NCBI GenBank assembly: GCA_026003195.1
Contig: BPGU01000004.1
Span: 70,317 to 134,316, forward strand
DNA: 64,000 nucleotides
Direction: 5' to 3'
Source: Armatimonadota bacterium
GTDB taxonomy: Bacteria > Armatimonadota > HRBIN16
Part shown: one piece after another, positions 50,687 through 60,151 of the stretch
How the letters are laid out: each line of letters begins with the position of its first letter
How positions within the stretch are numbered: position 1 is the stretch's first letter
Notes under the pieces: model-generated
What the model was told of the DNA's origin: nothing
The model's database searches: none
Seen by the model: only the letters and a program-made list of their open reading frames with translations
Made by a program: the position numbers and the translations under genes

Positions 50687-50807
50687 ACTCTTCCCAAGAG
50701 AGCGTTCGTTTCTATACACTTGCGAAACGTGAATTTGTTATGGTAATATGAAGATGCTACAGGATTTGTAAGACTACCGTCTCAACCTTGCGAAAGGCGG
50801 TGCAACC

Positions 50808-51188
50808 ATGAGAAGAGCCATCGGGTTGGTCAGTGTTATCGTGCTTTTGGCAGTGCTGGGAGCGGTTTTACCAGCACGGGCAGTGGTCATCGAGGACGTT
50901 TTGAAGAACCATCCTTTGGTCGCGTTGGTGAATAGCTGGAACACTCCGGCAGAAACCAACCCATCCGTTACCTTGAGCCAAGCTGGAGATACTTCCGAGG
51001 GGCTGAACGCCCTACCGGCAGCAAACAGCCCGGTCGTTTCGCCCGACGACATGACCGTAGAGATTGTTCCCATTCGCCTGCCCAAACTACCGGTGCAGGT
51101 GGTGTTTGCGCTCTACCTGATAGGCGCGCTGGTTTTCTACACTCTGCTGGTGCTGATCGCACAACCCGGTCCAGCCGAGTACTCCTGA
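50808..51188 (+). CDS. Small secreted/membrane-anchored hypothetical protein
   Basis: 126 aa. N-terminal signal peptide (MRRAIGLVSVIVLLAVLGAVLPARA) and a C-terminal hydrophobic helix after LPKLP. Candidate promoter TTGCGA-18-TAATAT at about 50720–50749. Confidence 0.5.
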   Translation: MRRAIGLVSVIVLLAVLGAVLPARAVVIEDVLKNHPLVALVNSWNTPAETNPSVTLSQAGDTSEGLNALPAANSPVVSPDDMTVEIVPIRLPKLPVQVVFALYLIGALVFYTLLVLIAQPGPAEYS

Positions 51189-51257
51189 AACACTCTCATC
51201 TTACCTGGCACCTCCGCACTCCCCGGCACCAAGCTGCCGGGGAGTGTTTGTGATGCA

Positions 51258-52925
51258 TTATCGGCTTCTCTGTACCACTGGTAACAGGATATGGCTGGGA
51301 CGTTTGGTATCCATATAGATGGTGTTGTGTGCCGGACGGGTGCGTTCGCTAGCGCGGAAAGGCTCCCCAGTGTTCGGGTTGGGGTCAAAGGCTGGGGCGT
51401 TGCTTGAAGTGATGTGCACCCGAATCCGATGCCCCTTGTTGAAGACAATGCTGGTGCTCCACAGGTCTATCTCGAAGCGATAGGATGTGCCCGGTTGCAG
51501 AAGCTTTTCGCGAGAGAACCCTTCCCGGAATCGGGCGCGTAGAATGCCCTCACAGATGTTGATGGAGCGTCCGTCCGGATATACGTCGCACAGCTTGGCC
51601 GCGAAGTCGGTGTCCGGTGCATCGCTGGAAGCCCACAGGATTACCCGAACCCTGCCTGTGACTTCTACGGGCTCCCGCAGCGGTTCGCTGGTGAACACGA
51701 GCACATCGGGACGGCTCTCTATCCGACGCTGGTCCATCGCTCCGGCGGGCAGGGTCAGACGTGGTCCGCCCACCGTTGGCACAGGGTCTTTGGGGTCGTA
51801 GGTATAGCTCAGCATGCCGCCCTCTTCGGGCTTGTGCACGGAGAGCGAGCGGTCTGGATGCAGGTAGAAGGGGGTTGGCGTGGCATTCACAGGAGGCCAC
51901 CTGTCGGCGGTGCGCCACTCGTTGCCGGGAGCATTGCGGTCGGTCACGTCGCCCATCACATAGTAGGTCACCGCAGGCTCGCGGTCTACGCCGTTGTCCA
52001 CCCCTTTCAGATAGTGGTCGAACCACTTCCAGATGTCGTGCGCGCTTCCGGGCGGATTCTTGGCGTTGGGAAAGGTCAGTTCCCCCGCTTTTTCCTGAAA
52101 CACCCCATGCGTCCAGGGTCCTATCAGCAGCTTCTGTTTGCCGCGTGCACCCTGCCCGCCCTGTGTCTGCATGCCGACGAAGGCGTCTATCGTTGCCTGC
52201 GCGAAGATGTCGTACCAGCCGCCGATGTGGATGGCGGGTGCATGGGTGTAGCGGTAGCGGGTAGTCATATCTCGCTCACGCCAGTAGGCGTCGTAGGTAG
52301 GGTGAGATGTCCAGATGCGCAGCGCGTCGGGGCTAAAAGCACTGATGCGCAGCCAGTCCTCAATCATCGCTTTGCGGAACACACCGCCCCAATACACCAC
52401 ACCATGGTACAGGCTGGGTGCCCCGACAGTGATATGTTGAGCGGTCACCTTCTTCGTGCCAGTGCCAGCCAGCAGATACTGCGTGATGCCCAGCGCAGAA
52501 CCGCCCCACGTGCCGATTTTGCCGTTGCACCAGGGCTGACGGGCTATCCACTCTACGGTGTCCTCGCCGTCACGCAGCTTGCCCCAGCCATCGGTTTCAA
52601 AAGGCAGGTTCTCCCCTTCTGAGCCAAACCGCCCGCGTGTGTTCTGAACAACCATCACATATCCCCTGCGTGCCGCGTCCTGAGCGATTCCCTCGCCCAG
52701 CTTGCGGTCGTATGGGGAGCGCAACAGGATCACGGGGAAGGGTCCCTCCCCTTCAGGGAAATAGATATCCGTTGCCAGACGCACCCCATCGCGCATCGGC
52801 ACCATGACCGTTTGCTTCTTCACCGGCGGCTGCAGTTTAGAGAGCACCGCTCGCACGAGAAAACCGACGCCGATGACACATACACTGAGGGTCAGTACCG
52901 TTCGCCACCATTTTGTCCTGCGCAT
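51258..52925 (-). CDS. CocE/NonD family hydrolase (S15 X-Pro dipeptidyl-peptidase-like), membrane-anchored/secreted
   Basis: Start trimmed to MRRTKWWRTVLTLSVCVIGVGFLV, with a GAAGGAG RBS. S15 hallmark N-terminus (VMVPMRDGVRLATDIYFPEGEGPFPVILLRSPYD) and C-terminal beta-sandwich. Confidence 0.8.
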   Translation of the reverse strand: MRRTKWWRTVLTLSVCVIGVGFLVRAVLSKLQPPVKKQTVMVPMRDGVRLATDIYFPEGEGPFPVILLRSPYDRKLGEGIAQDAARRGYVMVVQNTRGRFGSEGENLPFETDGWGKLRDGEDTVEWIARQPWCNGKIGTWGGSALGITQYLLAGTGTKKVTAQHITVGAPSLYHGVVYWGGVFRKAMIEDWLRISAFSPDALRIWTSHPTYDAYWRERDMTTRYRYTHAPAIHIGGWYDIFAQATIDAFVGMQTQGGQGARGKQKLLIGPWTHGVFQEKAGELTFPNAKNPPGSAHDIWKWFDHYLKGVDNGVDREPAVTYYVMGDVTDRNAPGNEWRTADRWPPVNATPTPFYLHPDRSLSVHKPEEGGMLSYTYDPKDPVPTVGGPRLTLPAGAMDQRRIESRPDVLVFTSEPLREPVEVTGRVRVILWASSDAPDTDFAAKLCDVYPDGRSINICEGILRARFREGFSREKLLQPGTSYRFEIDLWSTSIVFNKGHRIRVHITSSNAPAFDPNPNTGEPFRASERTRPAHNTIYMDTKRPSHILLPVVQRSR

Positions 52926-53083
52926 TGCCGTCACTCCTTCGTCCATGTTTGGCATACACTTCGCAGAGGATGCAGGAGGTTCCTGTGAATCGTACACCCG
53001 GCGAGGATGAGGCTGCCGAGGTTGACATCCCCTGCCGAGCATGGTAGCTTGTAGCTGGCATCACGACAACGGAGGAAACAGCG

Positions 53084-53512
53084 GTGGATACCTGCAAAGT
53101 GTTCCATACCACCATCCGCAAGGAAACCCGGGGCAACGGGCACACGATAGACCTGACTTCAGAACTGCAGGCAGCGGTGCGCGAAAGCGGTATCCAGGAA
53201 GGAATCGTCAGCCTGTTCGTGATAGGCTCTACCGCAGGGTTGACCACGATGGAGTTTGAGCCGGGGCTGGTGAGTGACCTGCAGAGAGCTTTTGAGGCAA
53301 TCGCTCCCACTCAAGCCTCCTACGCGCACGAGGCTCGTTGGGGCGATGATAATGGACACGCGCATGTGCGTGCGTCGTTGCTGGGTCCTTCCCTCACCAT
53401 CCCGGTTGTGCAGGGGCAGGCGACGCTGGGCACGTGGCAGCAGGTGGTGCTGATCGATTTCGACACGCGCCCTCGTCAGCGGAGCGTGATGGTGCAGGTC
53501 CTGGGGCGATAG
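53084..53512 (+). CDS. YjbQ/UPF0047 family protein (secondary thiamine-phosphate synthase-like)
   Basis: 142 aa. Conserved UPF0047 pattern (GIVSLFVIGSTAGLTTMEFEPG...HAHVRASLLGPS). Confidence 0.75.
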   Translation: MDTCKVFHTTIRKETRGNGHTIDLTSELQAAVRESGIQEGIVSLFVIGSTAGLTTMEFEPGLVSDLQRAFEAIAPTQASYAHEARWGDDNGHAHVRASLLGPSLTIPVVQGQATLGTWQQVVLIDFDTRPRQRSVMVQVLGR

Positions 53513-53524
53513 CCATCGCCCCAT

Positions 53525-54124
53525 TTACTCCTGCTGGGTTAACAGCGTCTTCAGCCTGCTGGCGAATGCACGTGGTGGTTCGTAGCCGACCAGCGTGAGC
53601 TCTTTCACCCACTCGCCACGCTTGCTGAGAAACGCGACGGTGGGCAGACCCTCTGCGCCGTACTTCCTGGCGAGTTCCGCCGTTTCGGGGGGTAACGTGC
53701 TGGAGGTCATGTCCACCCGGAAAACCGCAAACTGCTTCGCCAGGCGGGCCACCTCTCCGTCGGTCAGGGTTTCCCTCTCGAGCTGACGGCAGAACGGGCA
53801 CCAGTCCGCACTGAACAGCAGAATCACCGGCTTGCCCTCATCGACAGCCTGCTGAATAGCCGCTTTGCTCGCAGGCAGCAGGGTCACCTGTCCTTTCCCC
53901 GCCAGTACGCCGGGCTGTGCAATCCACAGTGCTGCCATGATGAGCACGAATCCCAGCATCGTATGCGCGCCGCGTCTGCGCAGCAGGAGTATTCCCGCCA
54001 CGCCCAGGCTCACTGTCATCAAGACGCGCGCCACCTCTAAGGGCATCCTCTCGCGAGCCAGCCAGAGCACGCCGGCAACCGCCAGCAGGACCACCACAGG
54101 TAACCAGAAACCGAACCGTTGCAT
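53525..54124 (-). CDS. Membrane-anchored thioredoxin-family protein
   Basis: Two N-terminal TM helices, then a thioredoxin fold with WCPFC. Immediately downstream of dsbD. Confidence 0.75.
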   Translation of the reverse strand: MQRFGFWLPVVVLLAVAGVLWLARERMPLEVARVLMTVSLGVAGILLLRRRGAHTMLGFVLIMAALWIAQPGVLAGKGQVTLLPASKAAIQQAVDEGKPVILLFSADWCPFCRQLERETLTDGEVARLAKQFAVFRVDMTSSTLPPETAELARKYGAEGLPTVAFLSKRGEWVKELTLVGYEPPRAFASRLKTLLTQQE

Positions 54125-54135
54125 CGTACCTCTCC

Positions 54136-55998
54136 CTATCGCTTCGCTGTCTGTGTCGCCAGCGAATGGAATTGTGCCATCCGCTTCAAGAAAGCGTCCG
54201 GCGGTTCGAACTGTACCAGGCGCAGCGCTTTGTGTTCCTGCCCGGAGCCGTCCAGGAAGACAATCGTGGGTACGCCGACGATCCCGAAGCGTTTTTTCAA
54301 CTCCTGCACGGCAGGGCTATCGTCGCGCGTCAGGTCAGCCTTCAGCGCCAGCACGCCCTCGAACGCCTGCGCCACGCGCGGGTCCGAGAAAGTGTTTGCC
54401 TCCAGCTCTTTGCAAGGCAAGCACCAGTCGGCGTAAAAGTCAATCACCACCGGCTTGCGCTCGGCGATGGCTTGCTGGAGCGCCGTCTCACTGTAGGGCT
54501 GCCAAGCGATGTGAGCGCTTTCCGCTTTCTGTGTGGGCAGTGCAATCATCACCGCCCACGCTACAAGCGCAACGCCCAGCAGCCGCTTGAACCAGAAGAA
54601 AGCGCGTACCGTCTTCGCCAGCTGGTCGATGGCTACCAGGTACACCCCCACACCTGCTAGGAAGGCAAACATCAGCCACTTATAAACTGCTGCAGGCAGG
54701 ATGGGGCTGAGGAAGAATATCGCTACGCCAATCAGTGCAAAGCCGAACAGATGCTCCACCGCCACCATCCACTCACCGCTGCGAGGCAGGCGTCGGATCG
54801 CTCCCGAGAACATCGCCAGCACAATATACGGAATGCCCAGGCCGATTCCTAACGTCAGAAACAGTAGAAAGCCCAGAGGCACGTTGCCTGTGCCGGACAC
54901 CACCGCTGCCAGAGCAACCACCACAGGACCCACACACGGCGCTGCCGCCACACCCACCAGCAAACCCATCAACAACGCGCCCAGCCAGCCTTCGCGCAGG
55001 CGCGCCTTGTTCCGCAGACCGGCGGGCAACTGCAACTGATACACTCCAAACATGCTCAACGCCAGTGCCACCAGTATCACTGCGAACCCACCTAACACCC
55101 AGGGGTTTTGCAACTGGAACCCGAAAGTCTTTCCCAATGCCGCTGCTGCCGTGCCCAGCGCGGCGTACATCAACGCCATCCCGAACACATAGACCAGAGC
55201 CAGTCCGAAAGTGCGCCCCGAACTGCCGGAGGTCTGCCTGCTGAAAAAGGAGATGGTGATGGGAATCAGCGGATACACACAGGGCGTCAGGTTCAAAAGA
55301 AGCCCCAGCAGCAGGATGATAGGCAGAGCGATGGCAAATCGCCCGGTGTTCAACAGGTCTTGGAGTTTCTGCAGATATGCTCCCCCCGGTGTGGAAGAGA
55401 AGCTTCCTGCCGCGGCAGGCGTGCCCGCCGAGCCATCTGCCGGAGAGGTTTCGCCCGCCTGTGCCACTGCCTGTGTTTCCTCCGTCGCCGCGCTGGCGGA
55501 AGCGGTGCCCACCTTGAGTTTCAACGTAAAGGGCACATCCCCAGGAGGATAACAGGACTTGTCATCGCACGCCTGATAGTTCACCTTGCCGCGAACGGTG
55601 ACTTCGCCCGACTTCAGACCCTGAGAGGGCGTAGCAGGAACACGCACAACCACCTTGCCCTCGTAAACGGCGATTTTCTTGCCTCCGGTGAAAGCGAACT
55701 CGCGCAGCAAGCCCTTCGGATACTGGGGAGCAGCGAAGGTGATACCCGGTACAGGGTCTATCGTCACACTGGTAGGAATCAGGAACTTCTCGCTCGCCGG
55801 GTTGGCATTCACGTGGTAGGGATGTTTGATGTTCAACGTCACCAGTATCTGAAAAGGCTTCCCTGGCACGACCTGTTTCACTGATGCCGTCGCCTGTACG
55901 CTCAGCGCGTCCTTCGGCGGCGCAAACTGCGCTACGGCGGTGATGGTCAGCAGCAATATGGTGAACAACAGAGCAATGATTCGGTGCATGGACTTCAC
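54136..55998 (-). CDS. dsbD: Thiol:disulfide interchange protein DsbD
   Basis: 620 aa. Signal peptide plus N-terminal Ig-like domain, central DsbD/CcdA TM core with the conserved Cys pair, and C-terminal thioredoxin domain with WCLPCK. Confidence 0.85.
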   Translation of the reverse strand: MKSMHRIIALLFTILLLTITAVAQFAPPKDALSVQATASVKQVVPGKPFQILVTLNIKHPYHVNANPASEKFLIPTSVTIDPVPGITFAAPQYPKGLLREFAFTGGKKIAVYEGKVVVRVPATPSQGLKSGEVTVRGKVNYQACDDKSCYPPGDVPFTLKLKVGTASASAATEETQAVAQAGETSPADGSAGTPAAAGSFSSTPGGAYLQKLQDLLNTGRFAIALPIILLLGLLLNLTPCVYPLIPITISFFSRQTSGSSGRTFGLALVYVFGMALMYAALGTAAAALGKTFGFQLQNPWVLGGFAVILVALALSMFGVYQLQLPAGLRNKARLREGWLGALLMGLLVGVAAAPCVGPVVVALAAVVSGTGNVPLGFLLFLTLGIGLGIPYIVLAMFSGAIRRLPRSGEWMVAVEHLFGFALIGVAIFFLSPILPAAVYKWLMFAFLAGVGVYLVAIDQLAKTVRAFFWFKRLLGVALVAWAVMIALPTQKAESAHIAWQPYSETALQQAIAERKPVVIDFYADWCLPCKELEANTFSDPRVAQAFEGVLALKADLTRDDSPAVQELKKRFGIVGVPTIVFLDGSGQEHKALRLVQFEPPDAFLKRMAQFHSLATQTAKR

Positions 55999-56167
55999 CT
56001 CGTACAGAATTTCTCTTCCCTATACGATAGATACCTCGAAGCGCGTTTCGGATGCATCCTTGCGACGGAAGGTGTGATGCCTCACCCTTGCACAGGCTCT
56101 TTGCGGAAAGAGGAACGCTTTGCGCCGTCGGATAAAGTATAACGCAGCATTCTTCGGAGGTAGCACC

Positions 56168-57826
56168 ATGTCGGACAACTGGAACGCACGCTGGGATGCG
56201 CTGGCGGACCGCCTGACACAGATGACCCTGCAGCGCTACCCGGAAATGGCCACCTATCTGGGCGTACATACCTACGACCATCAGGTATACGACTACTCCG
56301 AATCTGCACGGGATGCGGAGATACGCGCCCTGTACAGCTTCTTCAGGGAGATGCAGTCCATCCCGCGCGAGCAGCTGAGTCCGGAGCGCGCGCTGGACTA
56401 TGCGCTGCTGGAAGGGGAAATACGCCACCGGCTGATTGACCTCGAATCGTGGCGCAGCTGGACGCATGACCCCGACACACCCAACAGTCTGGTCGTGGGT
56501 GGGGTGTTTGTCCTGGCAAAGCGGTCCTTTGCTCCACCGGAGGAGCGGTTCAAAGCGGTGATTGCACGCCTCAAGCAGGCACCGACCACGTTCGCTCACG
56601 CCCGCCGCCAGCTCACCGAGCCCGCCCGCGAGCCGACGGAAATCGCCATTCAGCAGGTGAAGGCGACCATAGGCTTTTACGAAAGGTCGTTGCCCGCCGC
56701 TTTCCGCGAGGTGAAGGACACCTCTCTCTGGAACGAGTTCGAGGAGGTCAACCGTGAGGTGATCGACACCTATCGCGCCTATGCGGCATGGCTGGAGGAA
56801 GAGGTGCTCCCTCGCGCAGAACATCCCTTCGCCATCGGTGAACGGCACTATAGCCTGCGTCTGAAATGGGGCGAAGGGGTGGAAATGCCTCTGGAAAAGC
56901 TCATCGACATCGGCAAGCGCGAACTGCAACGGCTGCAGGAAGAGTTCGTAGCGACCGCCGCACAGATAGACCCGCACCGCTCCCCACGCGAGGTGTTCGA
57001 CGAGATAGCTCAAGACCACCCCACTGCAGAAGAGCTCATCCCCTTCACCCAGCAGATGCTGGAGGAACTGCGGCAGTTCTGCATCGACCGCGAGATAGTG
57101 ACCATCCCTTCCGACGTGCGTTGTCGGGTGGAAGAGACGCCTGAGTTCATGCGCGAGCTGACCTTCGCCAGCATGGACACGCCGGGTCCTTTCGAGGAGG
57201 TAGCGACGGAGGCGTATTATAACGTTACTCTGCCTGCGCCCGACTGGTCGCCGGAGGACGTAGAAGCACACCTGCGTGCGTTCAATCGCTACAACCTGAC
57301 TGCTATCAGCATCCACGAGGCGTACCCGGGACACTACGTACAGTTTCTGTGGCTGAAACATGCTCCCACGCGCCTGCGCAAGATGCTCGGTTCGTACTCC
57401 AACGCAGAGGGCTGGGCACACTACTGCGAGGAGCTGTTCATGGAACTGGGCTATCAAGCGGATGACCCTCGCTACCGTCTGGCGCAGCTGCACGAGGCAC
57501 TGCTACGCGCCTGTCGGTACGTGGCAGGGTTCGGTATGCATACGCAGGGGATGAGCCTGGAGGAGGCAAAACAGCTCTTTATCGAGCAGGGGCATATGGA
57601 ACCCATCAACGCCGAACGAGAGGCAAAGCGCGGTACCGTAGACCCCATGTACTGCAACTACACGCTGGGCAAACTGCTCTTACTCCAGCTGCGCGAAGAC
57701 CTGAAGCGCAAACAGGGTGACGCTTTCAGCCTGCGCCGGTTTCACGATGAGTATCTGCAAGCAGGCTTCCCGCCTATCCCGCTGCTCAGGGAGCAGATGC
57801 TGGGCGAGGTGGGAGAGGTTTTGTGA
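56168..57826 (+). CDS. DUF885 family protein (metallopeptidase-like, HExxH)
   Basis: Start at MSDNWNARWD with a GGAGG RBS. DUF885 pattern including HEAYPGHYVQF. Confidence 0.7.
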   Translation: MSDNWNARWDALADRLTQMTLQRYPEMATYLGVHTYDHQVYDYSESARDAEIRALYSFFREMQSIPREQLSPERALDYALLEGEIRHRLIDLESWRSWTHDPDTPNSLVVGGVFVLAKRSFAPPEERFKAVIARLKQAPTTFAHARRQLTEPAREPTEIAIQQVKATIGFYERSLPAAFREVKDTSLWNEFEEVNREVIDTYRAYAAWLEEEVLPRAEHPFAIGERHYSLRLKWGEGVEMPLEKLIDIGKRELQRLQEEFVATAAQIDPHRSPREVFDEIAQDHPTAEELIPFTQQMLEELRQFCIDREIVTIPSDVRCRVEETPEFMRELTFASMDTPGPFEEVATEAYYNVTLPAPDWSPEDVEAHLRAFNRYNLTAISIHEAYPGHYVQFLWLKHAPTRLRKMLGSYSNAEGWAHYCEELFMELGYQADDPRYRLAQLHEALLRACRYVAGFGMHTQGMSLEEAKQLFIEQGHMEPINAEREAKRGTVDPMYCNYTLGKLLLLQLREDLKRKQGDAFSLRRFHDEYLQAGFPPIPLLREQMLGEVGEVL

Positions 57827-57850
57827 GCCTTTGGCGGTTGCCGAGTCTTC

Positions 57851-59044
57851 TCACGAACTGAGCAGAACCGTCTCCCGCTCGAACAGGCGGGTGGCTATCT
57901 GCAGCGTCAGCACCGCCACCAGACCGGAGAGGAGCAAAGAGACCAACAGAAACGTGGGGTTCACGATACCCGTCAGCACCTGTTTGATGATGATCGCACT
58001 GTTCAGCACGGGTATCGCCGCCAACCACAGCCCGGACTCCGTGCGTACGAACATCGATGCTACAGCGGGCAGCACAATGAGCGAACTGAGCGGTATCAGG
58101 TAGGTCTGAGCTTCCTTCTGGTTGCGGGCGAAGGTGGAGAGGATAACCAGCATCGCCGAGTAGAAAACGGTGAGCGGTAGCAGGGTGACCAGCAGTGCGC
58201 CCATTGCCGGCACGGACAGACCGAACTTGCCTGCCTGCTCAGCGAAGATATTGGCGCTCGTGGGCATCGCGAAAGCCAGCATCATCCCCAGCATGGCGAA
58301 TATCGCTGCCAACATGCACACGACCACTACGGTCAGGAACTTCCCCCAGACAATCTGTCGGCGCGAGGCAGGCGTCGCCAAAAGTGTTTCCAGCGTACCA
58401 CGCTCCTTCTCCCCCGCCACGAGGTCAAAAGCGGGCGAAACTGCCCCGAAAAACGCCGATAGCACGATGACGTAGGGCAGGATGATGCTGAGAACGAGGT
58501 TGCCCACCGGACTCTCGGTCTTTATCGCCTGAGTGACCACTGCCAGCGGTTGGGCGAACTCCGAACCGATGAAACGACGGGCGAGACGCCGTTGGAGCCA
58601 TACCGCGCTGAAGCTATCGGTCAAAGCCTTCAACCGCTGCACCGCGTCGCGAGAGCTGTCGTTCAAAGGGTCAAACAACACGACTAACTTCGCAGTGCTC
58701 TCGTTGTGCAGGTGCTCCTCGAAACGCTCTTCCAGCAGAACCACCACCTTCACGCGGCGGCTGCGCAACATCGCCTCCGCCTGTTGCCGGTTCTCAACGG
58801 TTTGAACGGCGAAGCCCCCCTCTTTCAGCGCGGTGATGAACTCCTCGCCGCCTCTGGGGGCGACCACCCCTGCGGGGATGACCACCGTACGGGCGGATTC
58901 CTGACGTTGCCGCACCATCATCCCGATGCCCCACAGCAGCATCGGGGTCAGTAAGAGCGGAGAGACGATGGTGGAGAATAGCACTCGTCGGTCGCGCAGA
59001 ACCTCGCGTAGCTCCTTCCAAAAGACCACAAAGGTTCGGTTCAC
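57851..59044 (-). CDS. ABC-2 type transporter permease
   Basis: 397 aa. N-terminal TM helix, large extracytoplasmic loop and C-terminal 5-TM ABC-2 core. Its start overlaps the ATPase stop. Confidence 0.75.
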   Translation of the reverse strand: MNRTFVVFWKELREVLRDRRVLFSTIVSPLLLTPMLLWGIGMMVRQRQESARTVVIPAGVVAPRGGEEFITALKEGGFAVQTVENRQQAEAMLRSRRVKVVVLLEERFEEHLHNESTAKLVVLFDPLNDSSRDAVQRLKALTDSFSAVWLQRRLARRFIGSEFAQPLAVVTQAIKTESPVGNLVLSIILPYVIVLSAFFGAVSPAFDLVAGEKERGTLETLLATPASRRQIVWGKFLTVVVVCMLAAIFAMLGMMLAFAMPTSANIFAEQAGKFGLSVPAMGALLVTLLPLTVFYSAMLVILSTFARNQKEAQTYLIPLSSLIVLPAVASMFVRTESGLWLAAIPVLNSAIIIKQVLTGIVNPTFLLVSLLLSGLVAVLTLQIATRLFERETVLLSS

Positions 59045-59787
59045 TCTTCGCCCTCCTTTTCGCCGATAAGACTCAGGAATATCAGTTCCAGTGCTCGCTC
59101 GCCCGTGCGCGCTCGCAGTTCCTCCAGTGTGCCGGTTGCCACGATGCGTCCCCTGTGGATGACCGCGATGCGGTCGCAGAGCCGTTCGGCTTCGCTCATG
59201 ATATGCGTGGAGAACAGGATGGTATGTCCACGCTGGCGACTGTGCTGGATAAACTGCATGATGGTGCGTGAAGTCACCACGTCCAGCCCCGCCGTGGGCT
59301 CATCCAGGAACATCACAGGGGGGCGATGGATGATGCTCCGGGCGATGCTCACCCTCTGTTTCTGACCGGTGGAAAGCCTGTCGCACCGCCCGTCGATAAA
59401 CTCCTTCATCTGCAGGGTCTCTACCAGTTCCTCGATGCGCTGGTGCAGCACCTTGCGCGACAAACCATACAGGGAGCCGAAATAGGTGAGCACCTCTCGC
59501 GCCGTGAGACGACCATACAACGCGGTGGAGCCGGTCAGGTAGCCAATATGCTGGCGCACCTCTTGCGGTTGCGTGCGGATGCTGTATCCGGCAACCGTCG
59601 CCTCGCCTGCGGAGGGAGCCAGTATCGTGCCCAACACGCGCAGAAGCGTGGTCTTGCCTGCACCGTTGACACCCAGAATGCCAAGCACCTCTCCGGGGCG
59701 CGCCTCAAAGCTCACCTCGTCCAGCGCAACCACCGTGCCCCGCTTGCGGTCGGTGAAGATTTTGCTCAAACCCGATGCCGTAACCAT
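59041..59787 (-). CDS. ABC transporter ATP-binding protein
   Basis: Walker A GVNGAGKTTL, signature LSTGQKQRVSIARS, Walker B VMFLDEPTAGLD. Start trimmed to MVTASGLSKIF; the ORF extends to 59886. Confidence 0.85.
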   Translation of the reverse strand: MVTASGLSKIFTDRKRGTVVALDEVSFEARPGEVLGILGVNGAGKTTLLRVLGTILAPSAGEATVAGYSIRTQPQEVRQHIGYLTGSTALYGRLTAREVLTYFGSLYGLSRKVLHQRIEELVETLQMKEFIDGRCDRLSTGQKQRVSIARSIIHRPPVMFLDEPTAGLDVVTSRTIMQFIQHSRQRGHTILFSTHIMSEAERLCDRIAVIHRGRIVATGTLEELRARTGERALELIFLSLIGEKEGEE

Positions 59788-59940
59788 CTCGATAATCCTT
59801 TCAACAAGGAGGACACCCTTCCCGCGTACAGGTTTCGCCTGTGCGCACCGCTCGTTATTGTACAGGAAGAAAAGAGCGTTGGGCAAACAAGTACTCCGTC
59901 AAGGCTCAATGTTGTGAGAGACCACCCGGCGACTGGAAGT

Positions 59941-60017
59941 CGCGGGCAACAAATGCACAAAACCCCCTTCGGGGGTTAGTAACCTGCGTGAGCAGGTTTC
60001 GTACCTTGTTGCCCGCG
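59941..60017 (+). ncRNA. Candidate structured RNA element (three-way junction with UUCG and GNRA tetraloop hairpins)
   Basis: Outer 12-bp stem CGCGGGCAACAA / TTGTTGCCCGCG encloses two hairpins: cccc(UUCG)gggg and aaccugc(GUGA)gcagguu. Both tetraloops are canonical only on the plus strand. It sits in the divergent intergenic region between the ABC ATPase gene and the rpiR promoter. Strand and function are not established. Confidence 0.3.
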
Positions 60018-60102
60018 ATTTTCCATCGCTGGGACAACACTTCAGAAGCAGGCCTGACAAAGTACGAGGTGTTGCACAATTTTTCTTTTGTGATAAACTC
60101 GG

Positions 60103-60131
60103 TTGACAATTTTTTTCTGCTTCACTATAAT
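60103..60131 (+). promoter_or_regulatory. Consensus sigma70 promoter for rpiR-family regulator gene
   Basis: TTGACA, 17 nt spacer, TATAAT. The ATG lies about 20 nt downstream of the -10, after a GGAGG RBS. Confidence 0.6.
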
Positions 60132-60151
60132 GGGAAGTGGAGGCGAGTATC

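Noticed and set aside
55562-57493. 643-aa minus-strand ORF
   Set aside because: It overlaps the DsbD start region and the DUF885 gene in antisense, has Arg/His/Leu-rich composition and no recognisable domain. It is a GC-skew artefact.
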